Origin: a virus
Taxonomy: Duplodnaviria > Caudoviricetes
DNA length: 55,778 nt
Direction: 5' to 3' (one strand)
Virus record (IMG/VR): IMGVR_UViG_3300032215_000092
Span: 1 to 55,778 of that record
The first letter of the stretch is position 1. Every line of letters starts with the position of its first letter. The notes under the pieces were generated by a model that made no database searches, was not told the DNA's origin, and was given only the letters and a program-made list of their open reading frames with translations. The position numbers were made by a program, and so were the translations under genes. Positions 18,298-28,538 of this stretch are shown here, piece after piece.

Positions 18298-21200
18298 TGC
18301 CCACCGTAAGAATTGCGATCACAACAACTGGAAATGGGCGTTGGCGAGTTCCAGTTGACGCTGGTTCGGGCACTATAACTGTTGAGTGTATAGGTGCAGG
18401 TGGTGTTGGTGGTGGGGCGTATTCAAAAACAACTTCTCTTTCTGTTACCCCACTTCAATTAGTTTATATTAACATTGGAGGTGGAGTAAGCGGAGGTTTT
18501 GTTCCCGGAGATACTTGGTTTAACACATCAGCGGGCGCACCCGCAGCTTCCTCCTCTCCGACAACCGGCTGTTTAGCAAAGGGGGCTGAAGCAGCTACCG
18601 ATACTGGTGGTAGAGCTTTTCTTGGCGGGCAGGCATCTGCCGGGGCTGGAAATACAAGATATTCGGGCGGTTCTGGCTATGCTGTATATAGTTCTAGTTG
18701 CGGGTGTTCAAATGGATGGTATAGCTTCGGAGGCGCTGCCGGTCCAAATGGAGACGGGGGGAGTGGGTATTTAGGTGGGACCATAGGTGGAGGTGGTGGC
18801 GCAAACGGGGGTTCGGCGGGAACGGCGGGGTCTGGGGGTAATAATCGCCTTGGTGCGGGTGGCGGAGCATCTGGAAGTTCGGGTACAAACGGAACTGCCG
18901 GTGGTGGCGGTGGCGGAGCAACTGGTTCTGCCAACCAAGGATTAGGATCTACGGATTTAGTTTGGACAGATTACGCGGGCACACAGTATGGTCCCGGCGG
19001 CGGAAATGGTGGTTGTGTAGGTTATATCGGACTTCCACGAACGACAAGTACTGGTTATGGTTGGGGTGGGCTTTCTAATTTTTACAACTCTGGCAGCGGG
19101 CTTATAATTGTTACCTATACGCCATCAGTAACTATTAGCAATTCATATACAGAAGTATTAAGTGAAACTGGATATCCCGGTACAACAGGAGTTCCGTATA
19201 GAATTCCGTATGGTGTTGATTCAATAACCATACACGGTATTGGAAATGGCGCTTCTGCCAATACAACATCAAGCCCATTTAAAGGTGGTGGCGGTGGAGC
19301 TTATGCTACATCAACAGTTACTGTAAGCTCTTTAAATAATACCAACGTCTATTATAATACCAGCGCAAGTAACGGGGATACTTGGTTTAATCTAGCGGCA
19401 AATATACAGCCAAGTGTTTCGAGTAACGGCATAAGAGCAGCAGGTGCCGTCGCAGATGCTGGTGGGGTAACAACTTCTTGTGTTGGTACTACTACTTTTG
19501 CTGGTGGTAATGGTGGTACCGGCGCTGGAACCACTGGTGGTATTAGAAAAGTGGGTGGAGGCGGCGGAGCCGCTGGCCCGTCTGGCGCTGGTAAAGCTGG
19601 CGGCGCTGCATCTAATACATCTGGGTCTGCATCATCTGGTGGGGGTGGTGGATCTAACGGAGGATCTTCAACTGCTGGTGCAGCCGCAAGTAGCGCCACC
19701 GTAGCTGGTGCTGGCGGTCAGGGAAATGCTGGTTCGGGAGGTGGGTCAGCCGCAACTGCATCAGCAAATGCTGGTGCGGGAAGTAACGGCGGCGGTGGCG
19801 GTGGAGGTAAAAATACAACCGGCACTTTCATGAACGGTGGCGCTGGTGGTATGCAGTCCATCTGGACCGATTCTGGTACAGGTACAGGTTGGGGTCCGGG
19901 CGGAGGCGGTGGCGGTTCTGCTGGTATTACTTCTGTTAACTTTGGAACTCCCGGCGGAGCGCCCGGTGGTGGTGGTAACGGTGCGGCTGCTTCCCCGTAT
20001 TTCAACGGCCTAGTTGTCCTTACTTACACGATATCTAAGGCGGTACCCTCTGATACTTCGTTTATTACCGAAGCGGCGTCCAGTGTAGATTCTATAAGTT
20101 CTGTTTTAACTAAAAGCGGAATTATTTCAGAAGGTGCTTCTGGAGTTGATTCAATCAGCTCTACGATAGCGTACGGTACAATTATTTCTGAAGCGGCGTC
20201 AGGCATTGATGCAATAACTGCCGGACTAGCATTTAGCAGTGCTATTTCTGAAACTGCTTCTGGCGCAGACGCTATAAATGCAGTTGCAATTTTTGCTTCA
20301 GCTTTGTCCGAAGCGGCAAGCGCAATAGATAGTCAAAGTGTTTCATTAAGTTTTAATTTAAGTGTTTCAGAGGCAACAAGCGGTCTAGATACAACAAAAA
20401 CTACCGTTACACTGTCTACGATAGTTTCGGAATCTGCCGCCGGTTTAGACGCCACAAGCAATACCGCAATACTAAATATAGCCGCAGTTGAATCTGCTAG
20501 TGCATTAGATCAATCAAACGCTACTTTTACTTTTACCGGGGTAATTGCAGAACTTGCCGCTGGTTTAGATTCTACAAACGCGGGATTTAATTATAATTAC
20601 GCTGTTTCCGAAGCTGCTAACGCAGCAGATGTAGCAGATACAATTGCTACGTTTATTACAAATGTATCCGAAACAGCGTCAGCCTTAGAAGTTTCGTTTG
20701 GAAGTATTGTAACTAACCTTACTATTGTTGAAACTGCTTCTGGAATTGATTCGGTAATTGCAGCAGTATTATTCTCGCTTAATATTTCAGAAACATCTGC
20801 TTTATTAGATAGCACTAATGCAAATTTAATATTAAACCCAGTTATTTCTGAATCTGCTACTGGGTCAGACCAAGTAAGTTCTCTTGCTCAATTTGTTGTA
20901 AACGCTGTTGAGGCTGCTTCCGCCGCAGACCTTGCTGTCGGTAACATTTTGTTTACGGCAGTAATATCAGAGTCGGCCTCCGGTGTAGACTCTAACGTAG
21001 GTTCGCTGGCTTATTTTGTAACAATCAGTGAAATTGCTGCCTGCCTAGAAAGCTTAGGGGTTTCTGGATCTTTTAAGATTGCAGTAGTTGAAAGTCTGTC
21101 CGCCCAAGATCAAAATATTGGTGGGCTATCGTTTGTAGCTAGTATCTCTGAAGCCGCAACCGGCGTAGAAGTGGCTGAAGTTAGATTCTTGTGGGAAATA

Positions 21201-21311
21201 ATTAATGACCAGCAAACCCCAAACTGGTCTACAATCAGCACAACGCAGAGTCCGGTTTGGACCGATGTAACCAACCCCCAAACTCCGGGGTGGACTAACA
21301 TACAAACATAG
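18297..21311 (+). CDS. Glycine-rich adhesin domains fused to a 20-aa repeat stalk (fibre protein)
   Basis: Two Gly-rich domains ('IGAGG...GGGG...GLIIVTY'), then 19 x 20-aa repeats and terminal Trp repeats. Confidence 0.7.
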   Translation: MPTVRIAITTTGNGRWRVPVDAGSGTITVECIGAGGVGGGAYSKTTSLSVTPLQLVYINIGGGVSGGFVPGDTWFNTSAGAPAASSSPTTGCLAKGAEAATDTGGRAFLGGQASAGAGNTRYSGGSGYAVYSSSCGCSNGWYSFGGAAGPNGDGGSGYLGGTIGGGGGANGGSAGTAGSGGNNRLGAGGGASGSSGTNGTAGGGGGGATGSANQGLGSTDLVWTDYAGTQYGPGGGNGGCVGYIGLPRTTSTGYGWGGLSNFYNSGSGLIIVTYTPSVTISNSYTEVLSETGYPGTTGVPYRIPYGVDSITIHGIGNGASANTTSSPFKGGGGGAYATSTVTVSSLNNTNVYYNTSASNGDTWFNLAANIQPSVSSNGIRAAGAVADAGGVTTSCVGTTTFAGGNGGTGAGTTGGIRKVGGGGGAAGPSGAGKAGGAASNTSGSASSGGGGGSNGGSSTAGAAASSATVAGAGGQGNAGSGGGSAATASANAGAGSNGGGGGGGKNTTGTFMNGGAGGMQSIWTDSGTGTGWGPGGGGGGSAGITSVNFGTPGGAPGGGGNGAAASPYFNGLVVLTYTISKAVPSDTSFITEAASSVDSISSVLTKSGIISEGASGVDSISSTIAYGTIISEAASGIDAITAGLAFSSAISETASGADAINAVAIFASALSEAASAIDSQSVSLSFNLSVSEATSGLDTTKTTVTLSTIVSESAAGLDATSNTAILNIAAVESASALDQSNATFTFTGVIAELAAGLDSTNAGFNYNYAVSEAANAADVADTIATFITNVSETASALEVSFGSIVTNLTIVETASGIDSVIAAVLFSLNISETSALLDSTNANLILNPVISESATGSDQVSSLAQFVVNAVEAASAADLAVGNILFTAVISESASGVDSNVGSLAYFVTISEIAACLESLGVSGSFKIAVVESLSAQDQNIGGLSFVASISEAATGVEVAEVRFLWEIINDQQTPNWSTISTTQSPVWTDVTNPQTPGWTNIQT
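20064..21203 (+). repeat. 19 gapless 20-aa repeats, consensus ISExASGxD plus 11 residues
   Basis: Counted from the translation, ITEAASSVD... to ISEAATGVE... Confidence 0.85.
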
Positions 21312-21323
21312 TAAAGGATTAAC

Positions 21324-23972
21324 ATGACCACCGCTAATTTTACTACCCGTCTAGGTCTTGCGCTTCCTACTCAGGGAGATCTATCCGGTACTTGGGGTAA
21401 CGAAGTAAATAACTTTATTTCGACTTACATCGACTACGCGGTTGCTGGGGCGTTGACGGTTAGCGGGGATGTTTCGCTATCTAGGACTACAGCTCCAAAC
21501 GCTATTGGAAGTACGTCAACGCAGTACGCGACTATTATTGCTTCGGGGCACACAACCAACATTACTATCACCGTTGCTTCTACAGCGGCAAAGCCTTATT
21601 TTGTTATTAACTCGTCCAGTACATATACAGTCAAGATCTGCGGAACCGGCCCAACAACTGGCGTCACTTTAGCTGTAAATGAAAAAGCTACTGTCGCTTG
21701 GAACGGATCTGATTTTGTAAAAATAGCAAGTTCTGTTGCTGGAACGGTAACAAGCGTTGGCTGGACCGGTGGGATTGTTAGCGTAGCGACTGGAACGACT
21801 ACTCCAGCGTTTACTATTGCTGGCACTAGCGGTGGAGTGCCTTACTTCTCAAACGGTACGACTTGGGCATCTTCGGCTGCATTAGCGGCTAATGCTCTTG
21901 TAGTTGGCGGCGGTGCTGGGGCTGCTCCTGCTACGGTTACAACTGGCACTGGGGTTGTGACTGCATTAGGTGTTAACACCGGAACTGCTGGTGCGTTTGT
22001 TGTAAACGGCGGTGCGCTAGGGACGCCAAGTTCGGGAGTACTGACTTATGCTACAGGACTTCCACTTTCTACCGGCGTAACCGGCAACCTACCAGTAACT
22101 AATCTTAATAGTGGTACTGGCGCAACTGCTACTACGTTTTGGTGCGGTAATGGTACTTGGGCTACTCCGGCTGGAAGTAGTGCTGGGGTTACGACTTTTA
22201 GTGGGGGCACTACCGGACTGACTCCAAGCACTGCAACGGCGGGTGTGATAACTCTTGCTGGAAAATTAGAGGTTGCTAACGGTGGCACGGGAGTAACAAC
22301 TTCCACAGGATCTGGCAACCTAGTTCTCTCAACCTCCCCGACTTTAGTTACTCCGGTACTTGGAACTCCAACATCTGGTGTTCTTACAAATTGCACAAGT
22401 ATCCCGGTTAATCAAGCTACCGGTAACCTTCCAGTAACTAACCTTAATAGTGGTACTAGCGCGTCTGCTGCTACATTCTGGCGCGGAGACGGTGCTTGGG
22501 CTACACCCACCGGTACTGGAGTTACTCAAGTTAACGGAACAGGGACCGTCAATGGCATCACGCTAACCGGAACGGTTACTAGTACTGGGAACCTAACTCT
22601 TGGCGGCGCACTTAGTGGAGTTAGCCTGACAACTCAGGTAAGCGGAAAATTAGAGGTTGCTAACGGTGGCACGGGAGTAACAACTTCTACAGGGTCTGGA
22701 AACGTAGTTCTTTCTACTAGCCCAACGCTAGTAACCCCATTTTTGGGCACTCCCCAATCCGGTGCTCTTACCAACTGTACGAACATCCCAGTTAACCAAG
22801 CTACAGGAAATCTTCCTGTAGCTAACCTTAATAGTGGTACTGGAGCGAGCGCAACTACGTTTTGGCGCGGCGATGGAAGTTGGGCTACACCTTCTGGTGG
22901 GGGCGGTGGGGTTTCAACTATTGCAATTGCAACTTCTAACGGATTTGCCGGATCTTCTTCGGGCGGAACGACCCCAACCCTGACACTTACAACGTCAGTC
23001 AACGGGATTGTAAAGGGTAATGGCTCTTCACTTAGCGCGGCTGTGGCCGGAACGGATTATCTAGCTCCGGGCGGAGTAGTTACTAGTGTTGGAGCAACTT
23101 CACCTGTTTCATCCAGTGGTGGTACAACACCAACAATCAGCCTCGCTTCTGCATACGGCGACACACAGGCTCCATTTGGCACTAAGACTGCTAATTACTT
23201 TTTGGCCGCTCCCAACGGGGCGGGTGGAGTCCCGTCTTTTAGAGCAATTGTCGTTGCCGATATCCCGACGCTTAACCAAAATACAACTGGCACTGCTTCA
23301 AACATTACCGGAAACTTATCGGTAAGTAATCTTAATAGCGGAACATCAGCTTCCTCCAGCACGTTCTGGAGAGGTGACGGAAGTTGGGCTGCACCTACTT
23401 TTGGTGGTAGCACTACGGGAACCGGGGCTTATGTATTACAAGGTAGCCCAACGATTACCACCCCCACAATTGCTGGTGGCAACCTGACATTCTCCGCCTC
23501 AAACGGGGGGATTGTATTTAATAAGTCAGGCGCACTAGTCAACTCCACGCTGAATGACTATGAAGAAGGTACTTGGACCCCTACTTTTACTAGATTTTCA
23601 TCTGCCCCAACCGTTTCTTATGCTCTTCAAACAGGAAAATACACAAAAGTAGGAAGGCTTGTTTATGTTGTATGTCAGCTTATTTTGACCTCACAGTCTG
23701 GTGGAAGTGGCGGGTATATAGTTGGCGGCCTTCCGTTTACAGTAGGTACATCTGATTCAAGTTCCGCTGCTGGCTCAATAGCATATATTGTTGGGGCCAC
23801 TCTTCCAACAAGCGGAGTTCAAGCAACTCAAATAAACCCATATTTTAGCGTTACTTATGGCGGCGTTATTTTTGCTGCTATTTATAACAATGGAAATCAA
23901 TCAGCAAACCCGATAGATACTGGATTTAGCAGTGGGTTTAATGTTTTTTTCTCTGGATGTTATTCAACTTAA
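21324..23972 (+). CDS. Tail fibre protein
   Basis: N-terminal 'LGLALP..G..SGTWG' anchor, 'LEVANGGTG' and 'TFWRGDG.W..P' repeats, C-terminal '[11 protein letters not shown]...YTKVGR'. Confidence 0.8.
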   Translation: MTTANFTTRLGLALPTQGDLSGTWGNEVNNFISTYIDYAVAGALTVSGDVSLSRTTAPNAIGSTSTQYATIIASGHTTNITITVASTAAKPYFVINSSSTYTVKICGTGPTTGVTLAVNEKATVAWNGSDFVKIASSVAGTVTSVGWTGGIVSVATGTTTPAFTIAGTSGGVPYFSNGTTWASSAALAANALVVGGGAGAAPATVTTGTGVVTALGVNTGTAGAFVVNGGALGTPSSGVLTYATGLPLSTGVTGNLPVTNLNSGTGATATTFWCGNGTWATPAGSSAGVTTFSGGTTGLTPSTATAGVITLAGKLEVANGGTGVTTSTGSGNLVLSTSPTLVTPVLGTPTSGVLTNCTSIPVNQATGNLPVTNLNSGTSASAATFWRGDGAWATPTGTGVTQVNGTGTVNGITLTGTVTSTGNLTLGGALSGVSLTTQVSGKLEVANGGTGVTTSTGSGNVVLSTSPTLVTPFLGTPQSGALTNCTNIPVNQATGNLPVANLNSGTGASATTFWRGDGSWATPSGGGGGVSTIAIATSNGFAGSSSGGTTPTLTLTTSVNGIVKGNGSSLSAAVAGTDYLAPGGVVTSVGATSPVSSSGGTTPTISLASAYGDTQAPFGTKTANYFLAAPNGAGGVPSFRAIVVADIPTLNQNTTGTASNITGNLSVSNLNSGTSASSSTFWRGDGSWAAPTFGGSTTGTGAYVLQGSPTITTPTIAGGNLTFSASNGGIVFNKSGALVNSTLNDYEEGTWTPTFTRFSSAPTVSYALQTGKYTKVGRLVYVVCQLILTSQSGGSGGYIVGGLPFTVGTSDSSSAAGSIAYIVGATLPTSGVQATQINPYFSVTYGGVIFAAIYNNGNQSANPIDTGFSSGFNVFFSGCYST

Positions 23973-23984
23973 CTAGGATTACCA

Positions 23985-24227
23985 ATGACAATCACTAAAG
24001 AAACAATCGTAGATGAAATTATTATTAGCCTCAACGGGTCTATCGGCTATCGTGAAACCACCCAATGGGTTGAAGATGGCGTCGCCTCGGCTGCAACTTT
24101 CTTTAGAAATACTCTGTCCCCCGGTCAAGATTTGACAGGTATCCCAGAAAAAGTTGTGAGCGTTTGCAATTTCATTTGGACCCCAGAAGTTATTGCTGCG
24201 TATCAGGCAGCGGCACAGGCGGTATAA
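23985..24227 (+). CDS. Tail-fibre-associated small protein
   Basis: Follows the DYEEGTWTP fibre; 'WTPEVIAAYQA'; AGGA RBS. Confidence 0.65.
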   Translation: MTITKETIVDEIIISLNGSIGYRETTQWVEDGVASAATFFRNTLSPGQDLTGIPEKVVSVCNFIWTPEVIAAYQAAAQAV

Positions 24228-24228
24228 A

Positions 24229-24540
24229 ATGAGCGAGAAGCTGGAAGCCAAGTCGCAGTTGATTGAGAAGACCGCGTTTGCGGTGCTTCCAATTTTGTTT
24301 ACTTGTGTTGTCTATCTAATGTCGTCACTGGATAAACTCAGCCATGATGTGACGGTGCTCAATGCCAAGATCAGTTTGGTGGTCACGTCAGACAATAAGC
24401 AAGCCGCCAACTCTGGGGCTGAACTGGCGCGGGAAAAATTGCGGCAGGACATGGAAAAAGAAATTCAGCACAACCGCGACATGATCCACGAAAACCAAAA
24501 GCACATCAGCATCATTGAAGACCGCATGGCGAGGAAGTAA
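24229..24540 (+). CDS. Membrane protein with a coiled coil (lysis-associated candidate)
   Basis: One TM segment 'AFAVLPILFTCVVYLM' then heptads; ATG at 24229. Confidence 0.6.
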   Translation: MSEKLEAKSQLIEKTAFAVLPILFTCVVYLMSSLDKLSHDVTVLNAKISLVVTSDNKQAANSGAELAREKLRQDMEKEIQHNRDMIHENQKHISIIEDRMARK

Positions 24541-24628
24541 TTTTCCTGTCTTATACGAGTTATAAGATTCTGGAGGAAGCTGCCCGCCCGCTGGGGCCGC
24601 TTCCACTTTACCAATTAAGGAGTTTGTC

Positions 24629-24847
24629 ATGAAAGACCAAATTATTGAAGTTCTTGAAGGTTTGGAGCCGGTTGACGCGTTGCAGGCTTTGATCGCCGCT
24701 ACCTATGCCGTTGCAGATGCTAACGGTGTTAACCGCTTCACGCTCACCGAATTGTTCTCTTCCACTATTGATGCGCACTTTGACGTTGCTGATTCAGCCT
24801 CTGAAGACGAGGAAGATGAAGCCGAAGACGAACAGACCGATAACTAA
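24629..24847 (+). CDS. Highly acidic 72-aa protein
   Basis: TAAGGAG RBS; 20 D/E versus 2 K/R. Confidence 0.7.
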   Translation: MKDQIIEVLEGLEPVDALQALIAATYAVADANGVNRFTLTELFSSTIDAHFDVADSASEDEEDEAEDEQTDN

Positions 24848-24854
24848 GGTCCGG

Positions 24855-24875
24855 CCCCGGTGCGACCCACCGGGG
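24855..24875 (+). promoter_or_regulatory. Hairpin covering the probable RBS of the EndoVII-like gene
   Basis: CCCCGGTG-CGACC-CACCGGGG, ending 7 nt before ATG 24883. Confidence 0.5.
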
Positions 24876-24882
24876 TATCTAT

Positions 24883-25317
24883 ATGTTGTTTTGCGCTGTC
24901 TGCCGTGGTGAGTTCCTAAGGGAAGACCTTATTGCCCACGGACGTAAGAACTATTTTCTTTGTAGTTCCTGCAAATCTGACGTAAACCGACTTGACCGGT
25001 TTGGGTTGTCACCGTCAGATTATGACTTCCTGTTGAAACTTCAGGGGTATAATTGTGCCATATGCGACAAACCTCTCCAGCTTAAACAGTACAAGTTTGC
25101 GGTCGATCATTGCCACGACTCGGATGACGTTCGTGGGATTTTGTGCAGTCGATGCAACTCGGCGCTAGGTATTTTTGAGGACAACCCGGATTTTTTAGTT
25201 CGCGCTGCTGAGTACCTAAATAACCCCCCTGCTGTTGGTAGAGTCAAGCGACACAACGGGCGCAAGAAAGTGACGTTTCTTAGGTCTGAATATTTGAGGC
25301 GGTATGGAACTAGTTGA
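24883..25317 (+). CDS. Recombination endonuclease VII-like (His-Me) nuclease
   Basis: 'QGYNCAIC...AVDHCHDSDDVRGILCSRCNSALG'; N-terminal CxxC pairs. Confidence 0.88.
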   Translation: MLFCAVCRGEFLREDLIAHGRKNYFLCSSCKSDVNRLDRFGLSPSDYDFLLKLQGYNCAICDKPLQLKQYKFAVDHCHDSDDVRGILCSRCNSALGIFEDNPDFLVRAAEYLNNPPAVGRVKRHNGRKKVTFLRSEYLRRYGTS

Positions 25318-25465
25318 ACTCTTCCTGAAAGCGTGGCCGGTACTGTTGGGTCTTGTGACGTTGATCATCGTATTGTCCAAACTTGACCTGCGCGTGGCGG
25401 TGCTGGAAGAGAAGGTCAAATCGGCGTTTGAGATCATCAACAAGATGAAGGACAAAAATGGCTGA
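25304..25465 (+). CDS. 53-aa TM plus coiled-coil protein (holin/antiholin candidate); not in the ORF track
   Basis: Hand-translated MELVELFLKAWPVLLGLVTLIIVLSKLDLRVAVLEEKVKSAFEIINKMKDKNG; GAGG RBS; fills the gap before the endolysin. Confidence 0.7.
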   Translation: MELVELFLKAWPVLLGLVTLIIVLSKLDLRVAVLEEKVKSAFEIINKMKDKNG

Positions 25466-25967
25466 CTTCAACCCCGCCTTTGAAAAAATGATCCACGATG
25501 AGGGTGGGTATCAACTAACCGACATTCCCGGTGACCGGGGAGGACAAACATATGCAGGTATCGCAAGAAAACCCAACCCAGACTGGGCGGGGTGGCAACA
25601 CATTGACCGTAAAGACTTTGGGTCAGCTACGCCTTTGGTCCGTGAATTCTATAAATCTAATTTTTGGGATCGTGTCCGAGGTGACGACATTAAGGACCAA
25701 GCTATCGCAGAAACCATCTTCAACTTCGGCGTCAACACCGGAATCGGCGTCGCAATCAAACTCGCCCAACTCATCGTCGGCGTCACCCCAGACGGCGCAA
25801 TCGGACCAAAAACCGTCGAACGGTTGAACATTTGTACGGCAGAAAAGTTCCTGCCAGCCTACGCCCTCGCCAAAATTAGCCGGTACGCGCAGATCTGCAA
25901 CAAGGACCGGGGGCAATCCAAGTTCTTACTCGGTTGGATCAACCGCACTCTTGCAGGACTCAAGTAA
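25458..25967 (+). CDS. Endolysin, glycosyl hydrolase family 108
   Basis: 'EGGY...D.GG.T.AGI' catalytic motif, 'DGAIGPKT', C-terminal 'FLLGWINR'. Confidence 0.92.
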   Translation: MADFNPAFEKMIHDEGGYQLTDIPGDRGGQTYAGIARKPNPDWAGWQHIDRKDFGSATPLVREFYKSNFWDRVRGDDIKDQAIAETIFNFGVNTGIGVAIKLAQLIVGVTPDGAIGPKTVERLNICTAEKFLPAYALAKISRYAQICNKDRGQSKFLLGWINRTLAGLK

Positions 25968-26404
25968 TGGATCTGATTGGAATAGGGAGCATCATTGAAG
26001 GCGTGGGTAAGGTTGCCGGTGACCTCATTACCACCGATAAAGAGAAACTCCAGATGGCGCTTGAGGACCGCAAACTCGATCTGGAGGAAAAGAAAATTGA
26101 TCAGGCCACTGACCTCGCCCAAGTGGATATCAATAAAATCGAAGCGGCGTCTAGTAGCGTATTTGTCTCTGGCTGGCGTCCTGCTGTGGGTTGGGTTGGG
26201 GTTGCAGGTTTGGCTTACCAATTTCTTGGCTACCCCTTGATGCAGTGGGGTTGGGCTTTTGGTCAAAGTTATGACATAATCCCCAAGGGGTTGAACCCCC
26301 CGCCAGACCTAGATGTTGAGCAACTCATGACCCTTCTTGCTGGTCTCCTCGGTTTCGGCGGTATGAGGTCTTTTGAGAAGCACAAGGGTGTAGCGAGCAA
26401 GTAA
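25967..26404 (+). CDS. Holin, 3-TM (GTA-holin-like) family
   Basis: 'EAASSSVFVSGWRPAVGW...GLLGFGGMRSFEK'; ATG overlaps the endolysin stop. Confidence 0.8.
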   Translation: MDLIGIGSIIEGVGKVAGDLITTDKEKLQMALEDRKLDLEEKKIDQATDLAQVDINKIEAASSSVFVSGWRPAVGWVGVAGLAYQFLGYPLMQWGWAFGQSYDIIPKGLNPPPDLDVEQLMTLLAGLLGFGGMRSFEKHKGVASK

Positions 26405-28536
26405 TGGCCCTCAAGAAACTCCAACTTCGTCCGGGCGTAAACAAGGAAAACACTAGTTACGCCAACGAGAACGGTTGGTATGATAGCGACAAAGTTCGCT
26501 TCCGACAGGGCACGCCCGAAAAAATTGGCGGGTGGCAACAGATATCTGGAAATACGTTTTTAGGTGTATGTCGGTCTCTGTGGAATTGGGTTACTCTCGC
26601 CCTTGAAAATTTGATCGGGGTAGGTACCAACTTAAAATTCTATATTTCTAATGGTGGTGCATACTATGACATCACCCCCATCCGGTCTACTGTTACGTTA
26701 GGCGCTGACCCGTTTACAGGCAACGGCACCACGACAGTTACAGTTACATCCGCCCTACACGGATGCCTTACTGGAGACTACGTTACGTTTAGCGGAGTCA
26801 CCGGAACATACGCCACACTGCTAAATGCTGAGTACAGCGTAACGTACGTAGACGCAAATTCCTACACAATTACAACCGCTTCTACTGTCGCGGTTGGCGC
26901 AACGGGCGGCGCTGCTGTTGTTGCTGCCTATCAAATAAACGTAGGTTCTTCGGTTCAGCTTCCGCCTAATGGGTGGGGTTCAGGCGCATGGGGTAGCGGC
27001 ACTTGGGGTAGTGGGTCAGCTACCGCCACCGATATTCGGCTATGGTCACAGGCAAATTACGGACAAAATTTAATTTTTGCTTATCGTCGAGGCCCAATAT
27101 ATTATTGGGACGCTGCTCTTGGAACTAGTACAAGAGGAGTTTTATTAAGTTCTTTGGGCGGAACGGTTACGTTTACAAGTGCTTCTCCCACAGTTGTTAC
27201 ACTAACTAGTTTGCTACCTAACGGCACGCCTGTACAGTTTGCATTTTCTTCTGGTGGAGCACTACCAACTGGTATAAGCGCAAATACAACATATTATTTA
27301 GAAAATGTTACTGGCGTAACTGCTAATCTTGCAACAGTTGCTGGAAGCACTGTATATATTAATACTACATCTACCGGGTCTAATGTGTATATTTCTAAAT
27401 TAGGAGATGTACCTACAATACAAAACTTTATCTACGTAACAGATAATCGGTTTGTATTTGCGTTTGGGTGTAACGATTATGGTTCGGCCACGCAAAATCC
27501 CATGCTTGTACGATGGTCCGACTACGAAAACCCAATAAGTTGGACAGTTGCTCAAGATAGTCAGGCTGGGTTCGTTACTCTTTCACATGGTTCTCAGATC
27601 GTAACCGCCGTTCAAGCGCGTCAGGAAACCATAGTTTTTACTGACTCGGCGCTCTATTCGTTCCAGTATATTGGCGTGCCGGGTATATGGAGCCAACAAA
27701 TTCTTGGCGATAACATATCAATTATTAGTCCTAACTCCGCTGTGATTGCCTCTGGAAAAGTGTACTGGATGGGCGTTGATAAGTTTTATGTGTACGACGG
27801 ACGCGTCAACACTCTTAACTGCGATCTCCGCAAGTACATTTACAGTGATATTAATCTAGGACAAAGCGATCAATTTTTTTGTGGGACCAACGAAGGGTTT
27901 AACGAAGTTTGGTGGTTTTACTGTTCGCTTACGGGACCAAACGGTACAAATAATGCCGCAAACCCAAACCTTATAATTGATCGGTATGTTGTTTACAATT
28001 ATATAGAACCCGACGGCAAGGGCGGGCAAGGAATTTGGTATCACGGCAAATTGGGCCGCACCGCTTGGTTAGATTCCGGTTTGATAGATTTTCCAATTGC
28101 CGCTACGTACAGTTATAACGTTGTTAACCATGAATCTGGGGTTGACGACCAAGAAACCTCTACGACCCTGCCTATCGTTGCGACCTTATACTCATCAGAA
28201 TTTGACATAGACGACGGCGACAAATTTGGGTTTGTCTATCGGATGCTACCAGACATGACATTTTCGGGGTCAACAGCGGCTAGTCCTTCCGCGACAATGA
28301 CTCTAATCCCAATGAAAAACTCCGGGTCAGGGTATAATGACCCACAATCTGTCGCTGGAAATAGTTACGCTGCGGTTACTCGCACTGCCGAAATACCTAT
28401 CGAGCAGTTTACAGGGCAGGTGTATATTCGGGTGCGTGGGCGACAGATGATTTTAAAAATTGAATCTACTGGTGCGGGTGTTGCTTGGCAGTTGGGGTAT
28501 CCGCGAATTGATATTCGGGTGGATGGAAGGAGGTAA
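26404..28536 (+). CDS. Tail nozzle/stabilisation protein (P22 gp10-like beta-propeller, putative)
   Basis: 710 aa; 'VRWSD.E', 'YWMG..KFY.YDG', 'EVWWFY', C-terminal 'R.RGRQ...DGRR'. Confidence 0.7.
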   Translation: MALKKLQLRPGVNKENTSYANENGWYDSDKVRFRQGTPEKIGGWQQISGNTFLGVCRSLWNWVTLALENLIGVGTNLKFYISNGGAYYDITPIRSTVTLGADPFTGNGTTTVTVTSALHGCLTGDYVTFSGVTGTYATLLNAEYSVTYVDANSYTITTASTVAVGATGGAAVVAAYQINVGSSVQLPPNGWGSGAWGSGTWGSGSATATDIRLWSQANYGQNLIFAYRRGPIYYWDAALGTSTRGVLLSSLGGTVTFTSASPTVVTLTSLLPNGTPVQFAFSSGGALPTGISANTTYYLENVTGVTANLATVAGSTVYINTTSTGSNVYISKLGDVPTIQNFIYVTDNRFVFAFGCNDYGSATQNPMLVRWSDYENPISWTVAQDSQAGFVTLSHGSQIVTAVQARQETIVFTDSALYSFQYIGVPGIWSQQILGDNISIISPNSAVIASGKVYWMGVDKFYVYDGRVNTLNCDLRKYIYSDINLGQSDQFFCGTNEGFNEVWWFYCSLTGPNGTNNAANPNLIIDRYVVYNYIEPDGKGGQGIWYHGKLGRTAWLDSGLIDFPIAATYSYNVVNHESGVDDQETSTTLPIVATLYSSEFDIDDGDKFGFVYRMLPDMTFSGSTAASPSATMTLIPMKNSGSGYNDPQSVAGNSYAAVTRTAEIPIEQFTGQVYIRVRGRQMILKIESTGAGVAWQLGYPRIDIRVDGRR

Positions 28537-28538
28537 AC

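Noticed and set aside
21324-23972. Diversity-generating retroelement or shufflon acting on the fibre repeats
   Set aside because: No reverse transcriptase or invertase in the window; the repeats are direct, in-frame and not adenine-specific in their differences
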